51,974 nt of DNA from a virus (IMGVR_UViG_3300028802_000021:1-51974), one strand, 5' to 3'. Numbered from the stretch's first letter, positions 35,201 to 43,751 are shown. Numbers and translations: made by a program. Notes: generated by a model from the sequence alone, not told the origin.

Positions 35201-36360
35201 GCTTCGAGCAGGGCGGCAGCGGAAGTAACCTTCCCCAGACCGCCGGCGGTAGCTGACGAGCCGCGCAGGGAGGCCTGGGCGTTGAGGGTGGCGTCCCGAG
35301 CATCCCGGGCCCGCTCCTTCGCGTCCTTGACCTTGTCGGAGCCTTCGACTCCCTTGCGCACCGATTCGCGCAGGTCGGTCTTCTTCTGCTTGCGTTCCAG
35401 GGCGGTGTCCGACAGCCGGGTCTGCGCGTCTCGCAGGTCTTGCCGGGCTCGGGCCCGGTCGAGGGCGGTGGCGAAGAAGTTCCGGTCTGTCGCCTGCAAA
35501 TTCTGCTTCGCTTCGGCAACGGACAGGGTGTCGTTGCGGTACTGGTTGTCGAGGTCGATGACTGCTTGCTTGAGGTCTTCGAGGTCCCGAACCGCTTCGC
35601 GGCGGGCTTTGTGGACGTCGGCGGCGGCTTTGGCCTCGTCGCGTTGGGCGTCGGCTAGGGTCCGCTTGGCCTGTGCCAGGTCGTCGGCGCTGCGCACTGC
35701 CTTCTGGGCTGCGTTGGCCGCATCTGTCGTGCCCTGGGCGAGGACAGTCTTGCGCAGGCTGAGTGCGTCGCCGATGCCCTGGAAGGCGACCAGGACACCG
35801 GACAGGCCCAGGGCGGCACCGACACCAGCAGAGCCGAGGGCGGCGATACTGGTGGAGGCTTGGACTGCTGATGCCCCCATGGCGAACAGGGCGGGGGTCA
35901 TGGCGGTGACAACCCCGTAGAGCAGGTTCATCGGCTTGATGCCCTTGCCGCCGTAGTCGATCAGCTGCGGCGACGTGAAGAGGGTCTTGTTGCGGCGGGC
36001 GGCGGACTCCCGGATGATCCGCTCCTGCTGCCGGGCCGCCTTCTCGGCGATCCGGGTCTGCTCGGCGGCGGCCTTCTCCGCCATCCGGGTCCGCTCCTGG
36101 AACGCCCGCCCTTCGGCCTGCTGGACTTGTTCGTTGAAGTTGCGGACCCGGTTGAACTGGTCCTTGATGTAGTTGGCCCGCATGCCGGCGATGTGGTTGA
36201 GCCCGGCCTGCGCGGCTCTTTTGTCGACGGTGACGGGGACTTCGAACTTGAGCCCGGCGAGTTCTTTCTTGGCGCCCTTCTCGACGTCCTTGCGCATCCC
36301 GGAGGTGTCGGCGCCGACTTTGACTACCGCATCGGCAATGACCTCATCGTCGCGTGCCAT
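32287..36360 (-). CDS. Tape measure protein with C-terminal M15-like peptidase motif
   Basis: 1357 aa, helical; SPS..F..IG motif; HVPNSWHYRGGAIDV...HYDHAHF. Confidence 0.9.
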   Translation of the reverse strand: MARDDEVIADAVVKVGADTSGMRKDVEKGAKKELAGLKFEVPVTVDKRAAQAGLNHIAGMRANYIKDQFNRVRNFNEQVQQAEGRAFQERTRMAEKAAAEQTRIAEKAARQQERIIRESAARRNKTLFTSPQLIDYGGKGIKPMNLLYGVVTAMTPALFAMGASAVQASTSIAALGSAGVGAALGLSGVLVAFQGIGDALSLRKTVLAQGTTDAANAAQKAVRSADDLAQAKRTLADAQRDEAKAAADVHKARREAVRDLEDLKQAVIDLDNQYRNDTLSVAEAKQNLQATDRNFFATALDRARARQDLRDAQTRLSDTALERKQKKTDLRESVRKGVEGSDKVKDAKERARDARDATLNAQASLRGSSATAGGLGKVTSAAALLEAKIKELSPAAQEMYYWFDKNEGLFKRLQREISQKTLPGFNTFLKAITQPVKGKTTLQLAADYAGDLGAIIGKYAGKIGVFTKSALFRDSMARMQKINAKAFDNLGKALITLADPITRILDKAAPGFESLSKVILTLSQRFADWIKVLDESGGLADWFKDSRTELGKWFDIVKNIGTLLRNIFTASLPAGGSLVTSFRDFTKSIADWSSSATGQKQLKDFFTTIKELPYAKIADFFKNATTFFIGFRALRFLATLNPFFTAFAAFAASNPQLAADAISVVADKIAWAMEQIVKHPQAATALLAIIAAAKIGKAVGFDIKIPVMDKLRNALTSKFKVLDKFVGGGAQTATMNVQAGVVNVYGKAIGGGPGGVIPTAPGGKPLKGGSKILAGVEAVGVSNVVTAAVLFGATTGWQEFQRGLGKDKRGFVSYADIFKDDFSFDTVWNAFIDNSAITMFTMLGRKWAPALKRFFSMDLPNLLSGKTNGWAGVGQYLLEQLSMYGGDGILGGIIDGITGGAYTDFKNKISGWVDGVVDWFKKCFGIASPSTIFAEIGGDLISGLWYGFVNGWNELKEAVPTWIGENITTPLTHIFTTAGHLAAAGFASGFATLTEKLAGPAQRVLSWVDTNFVGKINSLLKSLGAPTIPTLTGKSTQDVGKNIGKTIGDIAKKARGTEGAPHADGGTVAGFSPHPKADNIPAMLTAQEFVQPVAAVKHYGTDFMEAIRTRQFPRFAEGGLAGAVGKKFGNNLFARIAAATITRAGGSVANAAARISRGFGAGPSTPGGISGIIGAGGASGQALVDFGHWLQARGFSVAEHPQFGGVHGGHVPNSWHYRGGAIDVNKGAGTSKREQAYLAAIIGEAHRRGLRSIFMAPGHYDHAHFDIGKAEGGLVRKYDTGGTLPPGYSTVYNGTGSNETVRTKQQEQALSGPVRLDPRDVALLAGAVARTGTPAVTMDGRRVAEVTNRYNYMPSGV

Positions 36361-36364
36361 CGGT

Positions 36365-36709
36365 TCACCCCACTTCGATCAGGTCCTGGCTGGCTGCGTG
36401 ACGCAGACTCAGTGCGGTGCGGGAGGCGATGATCTGGGGGCTTTGGACGACTTCGGGTTCGGTCCATTTCGCGACGGCGTCCCTGGCGAGCTGGATCGGT
36501 TTGCGTTCTTCGGTGAAGTGCCGGCGGGAGTCGAGTTCGGTGTGGACAGCCCGCATCTCGTCGATCATGGTTTCCCAGAGGACACACATGGCTGCCCTGA
36601 CGGTTAGGCGTTGGCCGCCTTTTTCGATCCGAGCGAGACCACGTTCGGCGCAGGACCAGTGCCGTTCGCACCAGGCGAGGAGCCACCGGAACTGCTCTGG
36701 GCTTTTCCC
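36365..36709 (-). CDS. Tail assembly chaperone, -1 frameshift extension (gpT-like)
   Basis: Slippery G GGA AAA at 36709-36703; -1 frame reads KSPEQFRWLLAW...AAMCVLWETM, open to the stop at 36365. Confidence 0.85.
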   Translation of the reverse strand, partial: GKSPEQFRWLLAWCERHWSCAERGLARIEKGGQRLTVRAAMCVLWETMIDEMRAVHTELDSRRHFTEERKPIQLARDAVAKWTEPEVVQSPQIIASRTALSLRHAASQDLIEVG

Positions 36710-37026
36710 GTGAAGTGCTCCATGACCCAGTCGGTGAGGTCGTTCATCTGCCCCAAGCCGATGACGGCTTGCTCATCGTCGTCGTCTTCGTCCTTCTGGA
36801 GCAGTTCCAGGAACCGTTCCCGGTCTGCTTTGACGAGGACGGTGTTGAAGAATTCGGCGGTGGCTTCGTCGGGGCTGGCGTCGTCGTCGCGCATGATGGC
36901 CAGGAGTTTGTTCCACCGGCTGTAGGGCAGCTTGGCCCGGAGTGTGAATTCCTGCCCACCGATTTTGAAGGTGGGGCGAATGCCCGCCTGTTCGGCGAGC
37001 ATCGCATCGAAGTCACGGGTGATCAT
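36604..37026 (-). CDS. Tail assembly chaperone (gpG-like)
   Basis: Between major tail and tape measure; contains FTGK slippery site. Confidence 0.85.
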   Translation of the reverse strand: MITRDFDAMLAEQAGIRPTFKIGGQEFTLRAKLPYSRWNKLLAIMRDDDASPDEATAEFFNTVLVKADRERFLELLQKDEDDDDEQAVIGLGQMNDLTDWVMEHFTGKAQSSSGGSSPGANGTGPAPNVVSLGSKKAANA

Positions 37027-37149
37027 CTATTCCTTCTCTGGATCGGCGGCGAGGGTTGGCTTGGCCTGGACTCTGCGAACGACCCAGATCCAGGCGCCGA
37101 CGATGGCGGTGACGGCACCGGCGATAGCGCCGAGAGCGAACTTGATCAC
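37027..37149 (-). CDS. 40-aa single-TM microprotein (MIKFALGAIAGAVTAIVGAWIWVVRRVQAKPTLAADPEKE)
   Basis: GTGA overlap with major tail stop; TAG abuts chaperone ATG. Confidence 0.6.
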   Translation of the reverse strand: MIKFALGAIAGAVTAIVGAWIWVVRRVQAKPTLAADPEKE

Positions 37150-37727
37150 GGGACCATCGCCGGGTTGAGGGTGTCGGCACCCATGATCTTCAAAATCTTG
37201 GTGCCGTCGAGGGGCTTCTCCAGCTGGAACGTCGCCGGGATGATCGACTTCGTGGTGCCCTTACGGTTCTCGATACCGAGCGATCCACCCTGAAGGCAGC
37301 GCCGGAAAATCATCCGCAGGTCGTTGACGGCAGGGTCGTTGAAGGCGTCCCAGCCGAGCATCACCCGGGTTTCATTGCCGAGATCCGGCGGCTCGAACTC
37401 CCACGCCGATCCGGAGTCGACGTCGGCGATGATGCCGCCGTTGAACGCCAGAGTCAGGTTTTTGAATGTCAGCTCTGCGAGGGCGAACTCGATACTGGCG
37501 TCCCTGCCTGTCGTCACCCGGGCGATCGGGTCGAGTTCCTCGGCGACTTCCACCGCGTCGACGCTGATCTCGTAGTTGAAGACGGAACCCTCATCGGTGT
37601 AGCCGAGAGGAACCCAGGCGGCGTCCCAGGCGGCGGTGTGGTCGGCGGGTTCGGTACTGCCGATCGGGGCCACGTAGAGCTTGCCCGGCTTGCCGAATCG
37701 GACTGCGGCAGCGTTGAAGTCAGCCAC
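37146..37727 (-). CDS. Major tail protein
   Basis: G.LYVAP.G..EP......W..LGYTDEG motif. Confidence 0.9.
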   Translation of the reverse strand: MADFNAAAVRFGKPGKLYVAPIGSTEPADHTAAWDAAWVPLGYTDEGSVFNYEISVDAVEVAEELDPIARVTTGRDASIEFALAELTFKNLTLAFNGGIIADVDSGSAWEFEPPDLGNETRVMLGWDAFNDPAVNDLRMIFRRCLQGGSLGIENRKGTTKSIIPATFQLEKPLDGTKILKIMGADTLNPAMVP

Positions 37728-37750
37728 GGAAATTTTCCTTCCATACGAAA

Positions 37751-37776
37751 GAGGCCCGCCGGTTGGGGCGGGCCTC
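37751..37776 (-). terminator. Terminator-like hairpin upstream of major tail gene
   Basis: GAGGCCCGCC-GGTTGG-GGCGGGCCTC followed by TTTCGT on minus. Confidence 0.55.
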
Positions 37777-37794
37777 GAAGGGTGAGCGGAGCGT

Positions 37795-38211
37795 CTAGGT
37801 GACTGTCGTGATCAACGCGTCCACGATGAACCGGGGCGTGTCGGAGTCGGGGTCGGGCAGCCATCGCATGCCCTGGGTGACGGCGGCGCCGAGATACACC
37901 CCGGTGACGATGGCGCCGCCGTTACGGGCCAGCCATTCCAGTTCGGCGATCAACGTCCGGGCGATGTCCCCGGCTTGCAGGCGGGTCAGGCCCCAGCAGT
38001 CGAACTGCATGCGGGCCTGCTGCTCGGGAATGTCTTTGGTCGGTCTGGGGCCGCCGGAGACCTGCCAGGCGACCAGCGCCGGGTTCGGCGCTTTCGCCGG
38101 CATCGCGTTGTAGATGGAGTAGCCGCCGGTAGTGCGCAGCAGCAGCGGGGCGACCGATGTGGTCAGGAGCCAGGTTTTGACGACGGCTTCGGTATCGGCG
38201 TAGAGGATCAT
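37795..38211 (-). CDS. Tail terminator protein
   Basis: Synteny; R.QFDCWG...A..IA...PDP..D.PRF. Confidence 0.8.
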   Translation of the reverse strand: MILYADTEAVVKTWLLTTSVAPLLLRTTGGYSIYNAMPAKAPNPALVAWQVSGGPRPTKDIPEQQARMQFDCWGLTRLQAGDIARTLIAELEWLARNGGAIVTGVYLGAAVTQGMRWLPDPDSDTPRFIVDALITTVT

Positions 38212-38531
38212 CGGCCGTACCTGGCCTTCACCTCGTCGATGGCGGGGCGGATGAACGGCTGCCTGTCGCCGTGCTTGAGGGTGCCGAACTCGACGAACAC
38301 CCAGTACCGGCGCCGGGACGAGATCGTGTAGTCGCCGGTTGCCGGGTCTTTTCGCATGTAGAAGGACTCGGCGAGGATGGGCCCGGCGTCGTCGTGTTCG
38401 GTCCCCCGAGCCGCCGAGCCTCTGGGGGCGTTGACGTAGATGAGGTCGAGGATTTCCCGGGCGATCTTCTCGGCGAGGTCTTCGGCTTCGCGTTCGATTC
38501 GGGCGAGAGCGCGGTAGGCGTTTCTGGCCAT
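38208..38531 (-). CDS. HK97 gp10-like neck/tail component
   Basis: YWVFVEFGT....QPFIRPA. Confidence 0.85.
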   Translation of the reverse strand: MARNAYRALARIEREAEDLAEKIAREILDLIYVNAPRGSAARGTEHDDAGPILAESFYMRKDPATGDYTISSRRRYWVFVEFGTLKHGDRQPFIRPAIDEVKARYGR

Positions 38532-38532
38532 G

Positions 38533-38871
38533 TCAGACCTCGCCTTCGGTGTCTCGCATGCGGGCTTCGACATGCGAGCCGGGGAATTCGAGGAACCAGA
38601 CGATCCGGAACGTCCGCGAACTGTATTCGTCTTTGATCCAGTCCGGGTATCGCAGCCCGCCGGCGATCGGATCACATTTGAGCCCGTAGTCGATGACGTT
38701 CTGCTGGCCACCCTCAAGCTGGAGGTTGCCGGCGGGGTAGTCGATGACCGCCCTGACCCCGGTGACGACGACATCCCTTTCGGGTTCCCCGGCACCGGCG
38801 TACGGCTCGTCGTATTCGTCTGCGGTGGCAATCCGCAGAACCGTGATCGTTGTCGTCGACAGTGGAATCAT
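38533..38871 (-). CDS. Head-to-tail stopper
   Basis: Synteny; T.TVLR...DEY. Confidence 0.75.
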   Translation of the reverse strand: MIPLSTTTITVLRIATADEYDEPYAGAGEPERDVVVTGVRAVIDYPAGNLQLEGGQQNVIDYGLKCDPIAGGLRYPDWIKDEYSSRTFRIVWFLEFPGSHVEARMRDTEGEV

Positions 38872-38888
38872 TCCCGCCCCTTCTGGTG

Positions 38889-39419
38889 TCAGAGGCTGTA
38901 ACGGTCCAGCAGGGCGGAATGTAACGGGCTGAACGGGGTTCCCGAGCTGGTACTACTGCTGCTGCCGCCCCAGGTGCGCGAAACCTGACCGGTGGTGGCA
39001 GAGGTGAGACCTTCGGGGTTGCTGAGGGTTTTCGATGTCAGGTCCATGGTGACCAACTTGAGCACGTCGGGAACCGGGTCGTAGCCGTGTTCGACGTCGA
39101 ACTCATATTGGACGGCGAAGATCCAGTAGCCCCACACCTGGCCTTTGCGGGACCACTTGATCGGATACTTGTCCGGGTCCTGAACAACCCCGTCCGCCCT
39201 CAGTTCGATGACGTCGGTGAGGCACAAGGTAGGCAACGTCATCAGCGACGTCCCGGCGCCTTCGGAGTACATGGTGGCGGTGGTCTGCGACAGTTCCCAC
39301 CCGCAGTAGGTGCGGACCGAACTCGACGCCACATCCAGCATCAGCTGGGCCTGGTTCTGATCGGTGAGGGTGCGGCCCAGATAGGTTTCCAGTTCCTCCA
39401 CCGTCGCCAGTGAGCCCAT
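38889..39419 (-). CDS. Head-to-tail adaptor
   Basis: LATVEEL..YLG...VRTYCG...HGYDPVP...LDRY. Confidence 0.85.
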   Translation of the reverse strand: MGSLATVEELETYLGRTLTDQNQAQLMLDVASSSVRTYCGWELSQTTATMYSEGAGTSLMTLPTLCLTDVIELRADGVVQDPDKYPIKWSRKGQVWGYWIFAVQYEFDVEHGYDPVPDVLKLVTMDLTSKTLSNPEGLTSATTGQVSRTWGGSSSSTSSGTPFSPLHSALLDRYSL

Positions 39420-39811
39420 TACTCGCGGCCGGTGCGCTTATTCCGGCCGATGCGGGACTTGCCCTCAGGGTCAGGCTGCTCGGGCGGCTCGGGGCGCTGC
39501 ACTCCGTGGGCGCTGGGCTCCTTCATGTGGGTCGACAGCCGGTTCGCCTCATTGTTCTCGTGGTTGTCCGGATCCTCGTCGAGGGGTTCATCGATCGGCT
39601 TCGCGCCGACCTTCTCCGCCATCTCCGGGGTCATCTGGGCGGTGATTTCCATACCGGACACGTAGTAGTGGTATTCGCCGAGTTCCTGCGGCTGTTCGGT
39701 CATTCTGATTACTCCTCGGTGGAAGGCTTCGCCGGTGAGGAGCGGGAGCGTCTGATGGCTGGCGCCACAGGCCGCTCCCGGTGTCCCGCAGATCCGGCAG
39801 TAGACGTTCAT
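39419..39811 (-). CDS. Hypothetical virion-associated protein
   Basis: TAATG overlaps at both ends; N-terminal CRIC...C..H. Confidence 0.6.
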   Translation of the reverse strand: MNVYCRICGTPGAACGASHQTLPLLTGEAFHRGVIRMTEQPQELGEYHYYVSGMEITAQMTPEMAEKVGAKPIDEPLDEDPDNHENNEANRLSTHMKEPSAHGVQRPEPPEQPDPEGKSRIGRNKRTGRE

Positions 39812-41106
39812 TACGGCAGGGTGATCTTCACGAATGCCTGGGGGCGGAGAATGCCGAACGCGCACCGCATTTCTGCCAAGATCGCGACGAGGTTCCTGAC
39901 GAAAAAATCGGCATGACTGTCTGTTGCGGTCACTGACGTCTGTTCCCGGTCCCAGATGACGCCCCAATTCCAGGCGGCGCAGTAAGCAGTTCCCGGCGGC
40001 AAAGCCTCCGACTCCACAACGGGCAGACCCCACAGGCGGGGGGTGCTCATGCCGAACGGGCCGGAGCCGAAGAACAGCTTCTCGCCGCCGGTACGCAGCA
40101 GGTCGATCTTCTCCCAGTCGACGGGGTTCATCGCATAGGCGGTCGGAACAGCCCGGCCTCCGATGCGGACCTTCGTGCGGGCCTTGCGGGTGGTGTCGAA
40201 AGCGTCACCGGAAGCCGCCTGAAGCTGAACGCCCGGGGTGTTGGCCAGGCCGAGGAAATGCTCGCCCGTGCCGTCGCCGGTGATCAGTTCCGTTTCGAGG
40301 GCCTCTTCGAGGTTGTAGGTGAGGAAGTTGTCGATCAGGGTGCGGATCTGCCCGACGTCGGCGAGGGCCCGCTTGGTGATCGGCATCCAGTTCGCAATGT
40401 TCTTCACGTCGGTGCTGTCGCGTTCGAACTCGAAGCCGCTCTCGGGCTTGACGCCACCCTGGGCGGGGGTGACGATCGGCGGCCCCACCGCGTCGATCGG
40501 GGCTGTCGTCGTCGCCTCAGGGACCACTGCCGCGTTGTTGTCGGTGTTGACCATCTTGACGAACTCGACATGGTCCGACGTGGTGCTGCCGGTGCCGAAC
40601 AGCGACCGGACTGTCAGGGGCCGCTGGTAGAACGGGTCGAGCAGGCCCCGGAAGTCATGCTCGATCATCGGCCCGCCGGACACGTCGTGGTCGCCGGAAG
40701 TCATCAGTGACTTCATGCTGCCGACGTGGATCGTGTTCGTGTTCACCCGCTGCTTCTCGGCGAAGACACCACCCCGGGCGGTCTTCATCAGCAGCTTGTA
40801 CTCCGGCGAGGTGGCGAAAACCTCACCCATGGACTTGCGCCGCGTGCCCTGCGCCTTCTCCTGGGCCATGTCGTCGGCGAGGGACTGGACTTCCTCACCG
40901 AGACCGCCGGAGAGGTCCAGCATCTGGTTGCGGAACTCCTCCTCCTTCTTGGCCCGGTCGGAGAGGTCGTTGGCTTTGGTCATGTGACCGTCGATGGCGT
41001 CCTTCTCGACGTCGGTGAGGGACCGTTCCTGCTTCTCGGCGACGTCGAGGATCCCCTTGGCGGCGTTGGTTTCCGCCAGGATCGCGTCACGGATGCTCTT
41101 ACGCAT
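39811..41106 (-). CDS. HK97-fold major capsid protein
   Basis: Coiled-coil delta domain; KPES..F; LWGLPVVES; DFFVRNLVAILAEMR.AFGILRPQAF. Confidence 0.95.
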   Translation of the reverse strand: MRKSIRDAILAETNAAKGILDVAEKQERSLTDVEKDAIDGHMTKANDLSDRAKKEEEFRNQMLDLSGGLGEEVQSLADDMAQEKAQGTRRKSMGEVFATSPEYKLLMKTARGGVFAEKQRVNTNTIHVGSMKSLMTSGDHDVSGGPMIEHDFRGLLDPFYQRPLTVRSLFGTGSTTSDHVEFVKMVNTDNNAAVVPEATTTAPIDAVGPPIVTPAQGGVKPESGFEFERDSTDVKNIANWMPITKRALADVGQIRTLIDNFLTYNLEEALETELITGDGTGEHFLGLANTPGVQLQAASGDAFDTTRKARTKVRIGGRAVPTAYAMNPVDWEKIDLLRTGGEKLFFGSGPFGMSTPRLWGLPVVESEALPPGTAYCAAWNWGVIWDREQTSVTATDSHADFFVRNLVAILAEMRCAFGILRPQAFVKITLP

Positions 41107-41776
41107 TGGTGGTTTCCTGTTCCTCTCGTGACCTGGCGGCCAGGTATGCGGTCTCCGCGTCCAGCTCCAGCACCTCGAACTGTTTGCGGCACAAAAAAAC
41201 CGCCCCGGAAGGGCGGTAGGGGGTGGACGAATCTCCAGGTGGGTCGTCAATGGGGGGTGGGGCCTGTTTCACGCCGATGAGTTCCGTCATCGGGTTCATG
41301 CCGAGCGGGGTGGGCCCGACTTCGTGCAGGAACAGGTCGAGGAGTTCGTTGGCGTCGTTGTCTTTGCTGCGCTGCTCGTTGATGACGTCGTAGGTGAACG
41401 AGAACTGCTTCACCCGGCGGTTCTTCATCAGATGCCGGACCTGCTTACCCATGCCGAAGTCATCGAGGCGGGCTTTGACGTACAGGCCGCCGTGTTCCCG
41501 GACCCAGTCGTTGACCCAGTCGGGCATGTCGGCGCCGGTGTCGAGTTCTTTCGCCTCGATGACCTCGCCGATGTTCATGGACGGGTCATCCAGGCGGTGT
41601 GACCAGTAGACCGGTATCGGGGCCCCCGAGTTCGCCCAGTGTTCCAGGCTTTTCTTGAACGCCCCGGGACGCACGATGTCGCCGCCGTAGTCCTTGTTGT
41701 CGAACACCGATACAACAGCCTCGAAAACTCCCTCATCGTCGGTGGTGATCGTTGCGGGCATGCTCTTGTGTTTCAT
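41099..41776 (-). CDS. HK97-family prohead protease
   Basis: SVFDNKD.GGD.V.PGAF...WSH...GLYV...FSFTY...L.EVGPT..GMNP. Confidence 0.95.
   Translation of the reverse strand: MKHKSMPATITTDDEGVFEAVVSVFDNKDYGGDIVRPGAFKKSLEHWANSGAPIPVYWSHRLDDPSMNIGEVIEAKELDTGADMPDWVNDWVREHGGLYVKARLDDFGMGKQVRHLMKNRRVKQFSFTYDVINEQRSKDNDANELLDLFLHEVGPTPLGMNPMTELIGVKQAPPPIDDPPGDSSTPYRPSGAVFLCRKQFEVLELDAETAYLAARSREEQETTNA
41193..41217 (-). terminator. Intrinsic terminator embedded in the protease 3' coding region
   Basis: Minus strand ACCGCCC-TTCCG-GGGCGG-TTTTTTT. Confidence 0.6.
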
Positions 41777-43071
41777 CAGCCACTCCCGACGGGCTTGGGT
41801 CCAGGGGGCTTCCCATTCGATTCCTCATTGGACGGGTTGTTAGGGGCGGTGTCCCTGGGCGAGGCCAGTCCGCCGGCGGTGACGTTCAGCGGGGTGATGA
41901 GCTCTTCCGCTTCCGGCAGGTCGGACAGGTTGTACAGGGCCCGGCCTTCGTTGCGGGTCATCCAGGGCCCGCCGACGGATGCGCTGATCGCTGCTGCCTG
42001 GGTTTCGAAGGAGCCTTGCATCTTGGCCTTCAGGTTGAACTCGACGTAGATCTTGGACGCTCCGGCGGGGTCGACGTCGGGGAGCAGCTGCAGTTCGATG
42101 TCCTGCTGCAGCATCTCCAGCAGCGGGCCCAAAGCGTCGGCGTACAGCATTTTGCGGAGCTCGCCCAGCGATGACTGGTTGGCGCTTTTGGACATGCCCA
42201 GCATCGACGGGTCGACGTGGTAGGCGGCGGCGACCTCTTCACGGGAGAGCTGCCGGGCTTCGATGTACTGGGCGTCTTTCGGGGTGATGCCACCCTCGTG
42301 CCAGGACATGCCGTCCTCAAGGATGGGGGTTCCTCCAGCCTGTTGGGTGGAGCTGTAGGCACCCCAGTCGGTCATGAACCTTTGCCGGGCGGTGGACGAC
42401 CAGCGGGGGGCCTTTTCGGGCCGGGTGATGAAGCCGGAGATCCGGGCCCCGTTGCGCCACATCTGCTCGCGGTATTCGGCGGCGGCGTATTCCTCTTGGA
42501 GGAGCTGCTTGAGGGTTTCCAGCGGCGGGTAGCCGTCTCGGGGGGTGCTGGGGTTGTAGCCGTAGAAGTGGACGACCTGGTCGGGGTCGAGGTCGATGGG
42601 GCCTCGGGTGCCTTGGATCCGGTATTTGTCGGGGGCGAGGGGGTTGCTGCCGACAAGTTGGACGAACCGGCGGGGGACGGGGTGGACGCCGTTGGAGCCG
42701 TCGGGGGCTTTGGCTTTCAGCCAGAACGCCGAGTTGAAGATCGAATACTCCTGGACCGTCCAGTTGATCAGCTTGTATTTACTCCACTTCGACCCCGGCC
42801 AAGGATCATTGAGCAGCTTCGACAGCGGATGATCGCGGACCTTCTCCCTGTCGGTGTCGGAGGTCCGCTCGAAGACGTCCAGCCCGAGCTGGGCGACGTT
42901 ACGGCCGAGGAAGTCGATGACAGTCCGCACCGCCGGCTGCTTCTGGTAGATCTGCTCGTAGCTGCGGAACTGCTCGGGGCCCACCTGAATGAACGCTGGC
43001 GGGTCCAGGCCCAGGATCGTGTTATTCGGGCGGACCTGCTTGATGACTCCTGCGGTCAACGCGAAAGGCAC
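41776..43071 (-). CDS. HK97-family portal protein
   Basis: HPL..LL..P; NGA..SG; ILEDGM; EVAAAYHV.P.MLG; WMTRNEGR. Confidence 0.95.
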   Translation of the reverse strand: MPFALTAGVIKQVRPNNTILGLDPPAFIQVGPEQFRSYEQIYQKQPAVRTVIDFLGRNVAQLGLDVFERTSDTDREKVRDHPLSKLLNDPWPGSKWSKYKLINWTVQEYSIFNSAFWLKAKAPDGSNGVHPVPRRFVQLVGSNPLAPDKYRIQGTRGPIDLDPDQVVHFYGYNPSTPRDGYPPLETLKQLLQEEYAAAEYREQMWRNGARISGFITRPEKAPRWSSTARQRFMTDWGAYSSTQQAGGTPILEDGMSWHEGGITPKDAQYIEARQLSREEVAAAYHVDPSMLGMSKSANQSSLGELRKMLYADALGPLLEMLQQDIELQLLPDVDPAGASKIYVEFNLKAKMQGSFETQAAAISASVGGPWMTRNEGRALYNLSDLPEAEELITPLNVTAGGLASPRDTAPNNPSNEESNGKPPGPKPVGSG

Positions 43072-43104
43072 CGCGTACTCCTTTCGGGTGACGTGGTGGG
43101 GATT

Positions 43105-43332
43105 TCACTCCGGGTCGGGGGTTTTCGGGGGTGCTACCTGCAAATACAGGACCCGGTGCCGTTCGATGTAGACGTCGCCGTCGAGTCGCTGCGGTTCGAG
43201 CTCCCGCGAGTACAGGGTGGTGTCGGACAGCACGAGCAGCGGCCCCGACCTGCGAATGAGGACCCCGTCGAGGGCGGAACCGTCGACGAGGTTCACCAGG
43301 ACCCGGTCGTAGACGGGCCAGCGAGAGAACAT
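43105..43332 (-). CDS. 75-aa Sm/LSm-fold-like protein
   Basis: RVLVNLVDGSALDGVL....LLVLSD...DGDVYIER..VLYLQ matches Sm1/Sm2 spacing. Confidence 0.55.
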   Translation of the reverse strand: MFSRWPVYDRVLVNLVDGSALDGVLIRRSGPLLVLSDTTLYSRELEPQRLDGDVYIERHRVLYLQVAPPKTPDPE

Positions 43333-43556
43333 GATCCGTTAGCTCCATATGGGTGACAGAAATTGCGGCGGCGGGCCCGGTTCTGCATGCTGGGTGCCGG
43401 AAGTGAGCGAGAGATAAGCCCGGCTCCCGCCGGTGGTTCTCTCCATCCGTCGCTTCTCGCTTTGCCGGTAGCGTGGAATCCCTTTGGCGTCGACTGCTTG
43501 GGTTCCTGAAACCGGCGCAGTGGACCCTCCCGTCTGCGGGTGGGAGGGTCTGTTAC

Positions 43557-43630
43557 AGCGCGGTGGAGCAGCCCGGTAGCTCGACGGACCCATGATCCGG
43601 AGGTCGCCAGTTCGAATCTGGCCCGCGCCA
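43557..43630 (+). tRNA. Initiator-like tRNA-Met (CAT), non-canonical anticodon arm
   Basis: AGCGCGG/CCGCGCC-A; GAGC-AGCCCGGTA-GCTC; ACGGA-CCCATGA-TCCGG; GCCAG-TTCGAAT-CTGGC; CCA not encoded. Confidence 0.85.
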
Positions 43631-43751
43631 CAGGGGGGTTGTTCGCGCGTTCCGAGCTTGTTGGACGCTCAGCCGGTCTTGCTCGGACCTTCGGCGCGGA
43701 CAACTCCCCGTCCAGCCCGGCCCTGATGGGGTTCTGGGGGGATGGAACACG

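Noticed and set aside
25501-35256. Long plus-strand and alternative-frame ORFs (e.g. 25501..27084, 26726..29272, 31282..32826)
   Set aside because: Shadow ORFs typical of high-GC DNA overlapping well-supported tail genes; no motifs or SD.
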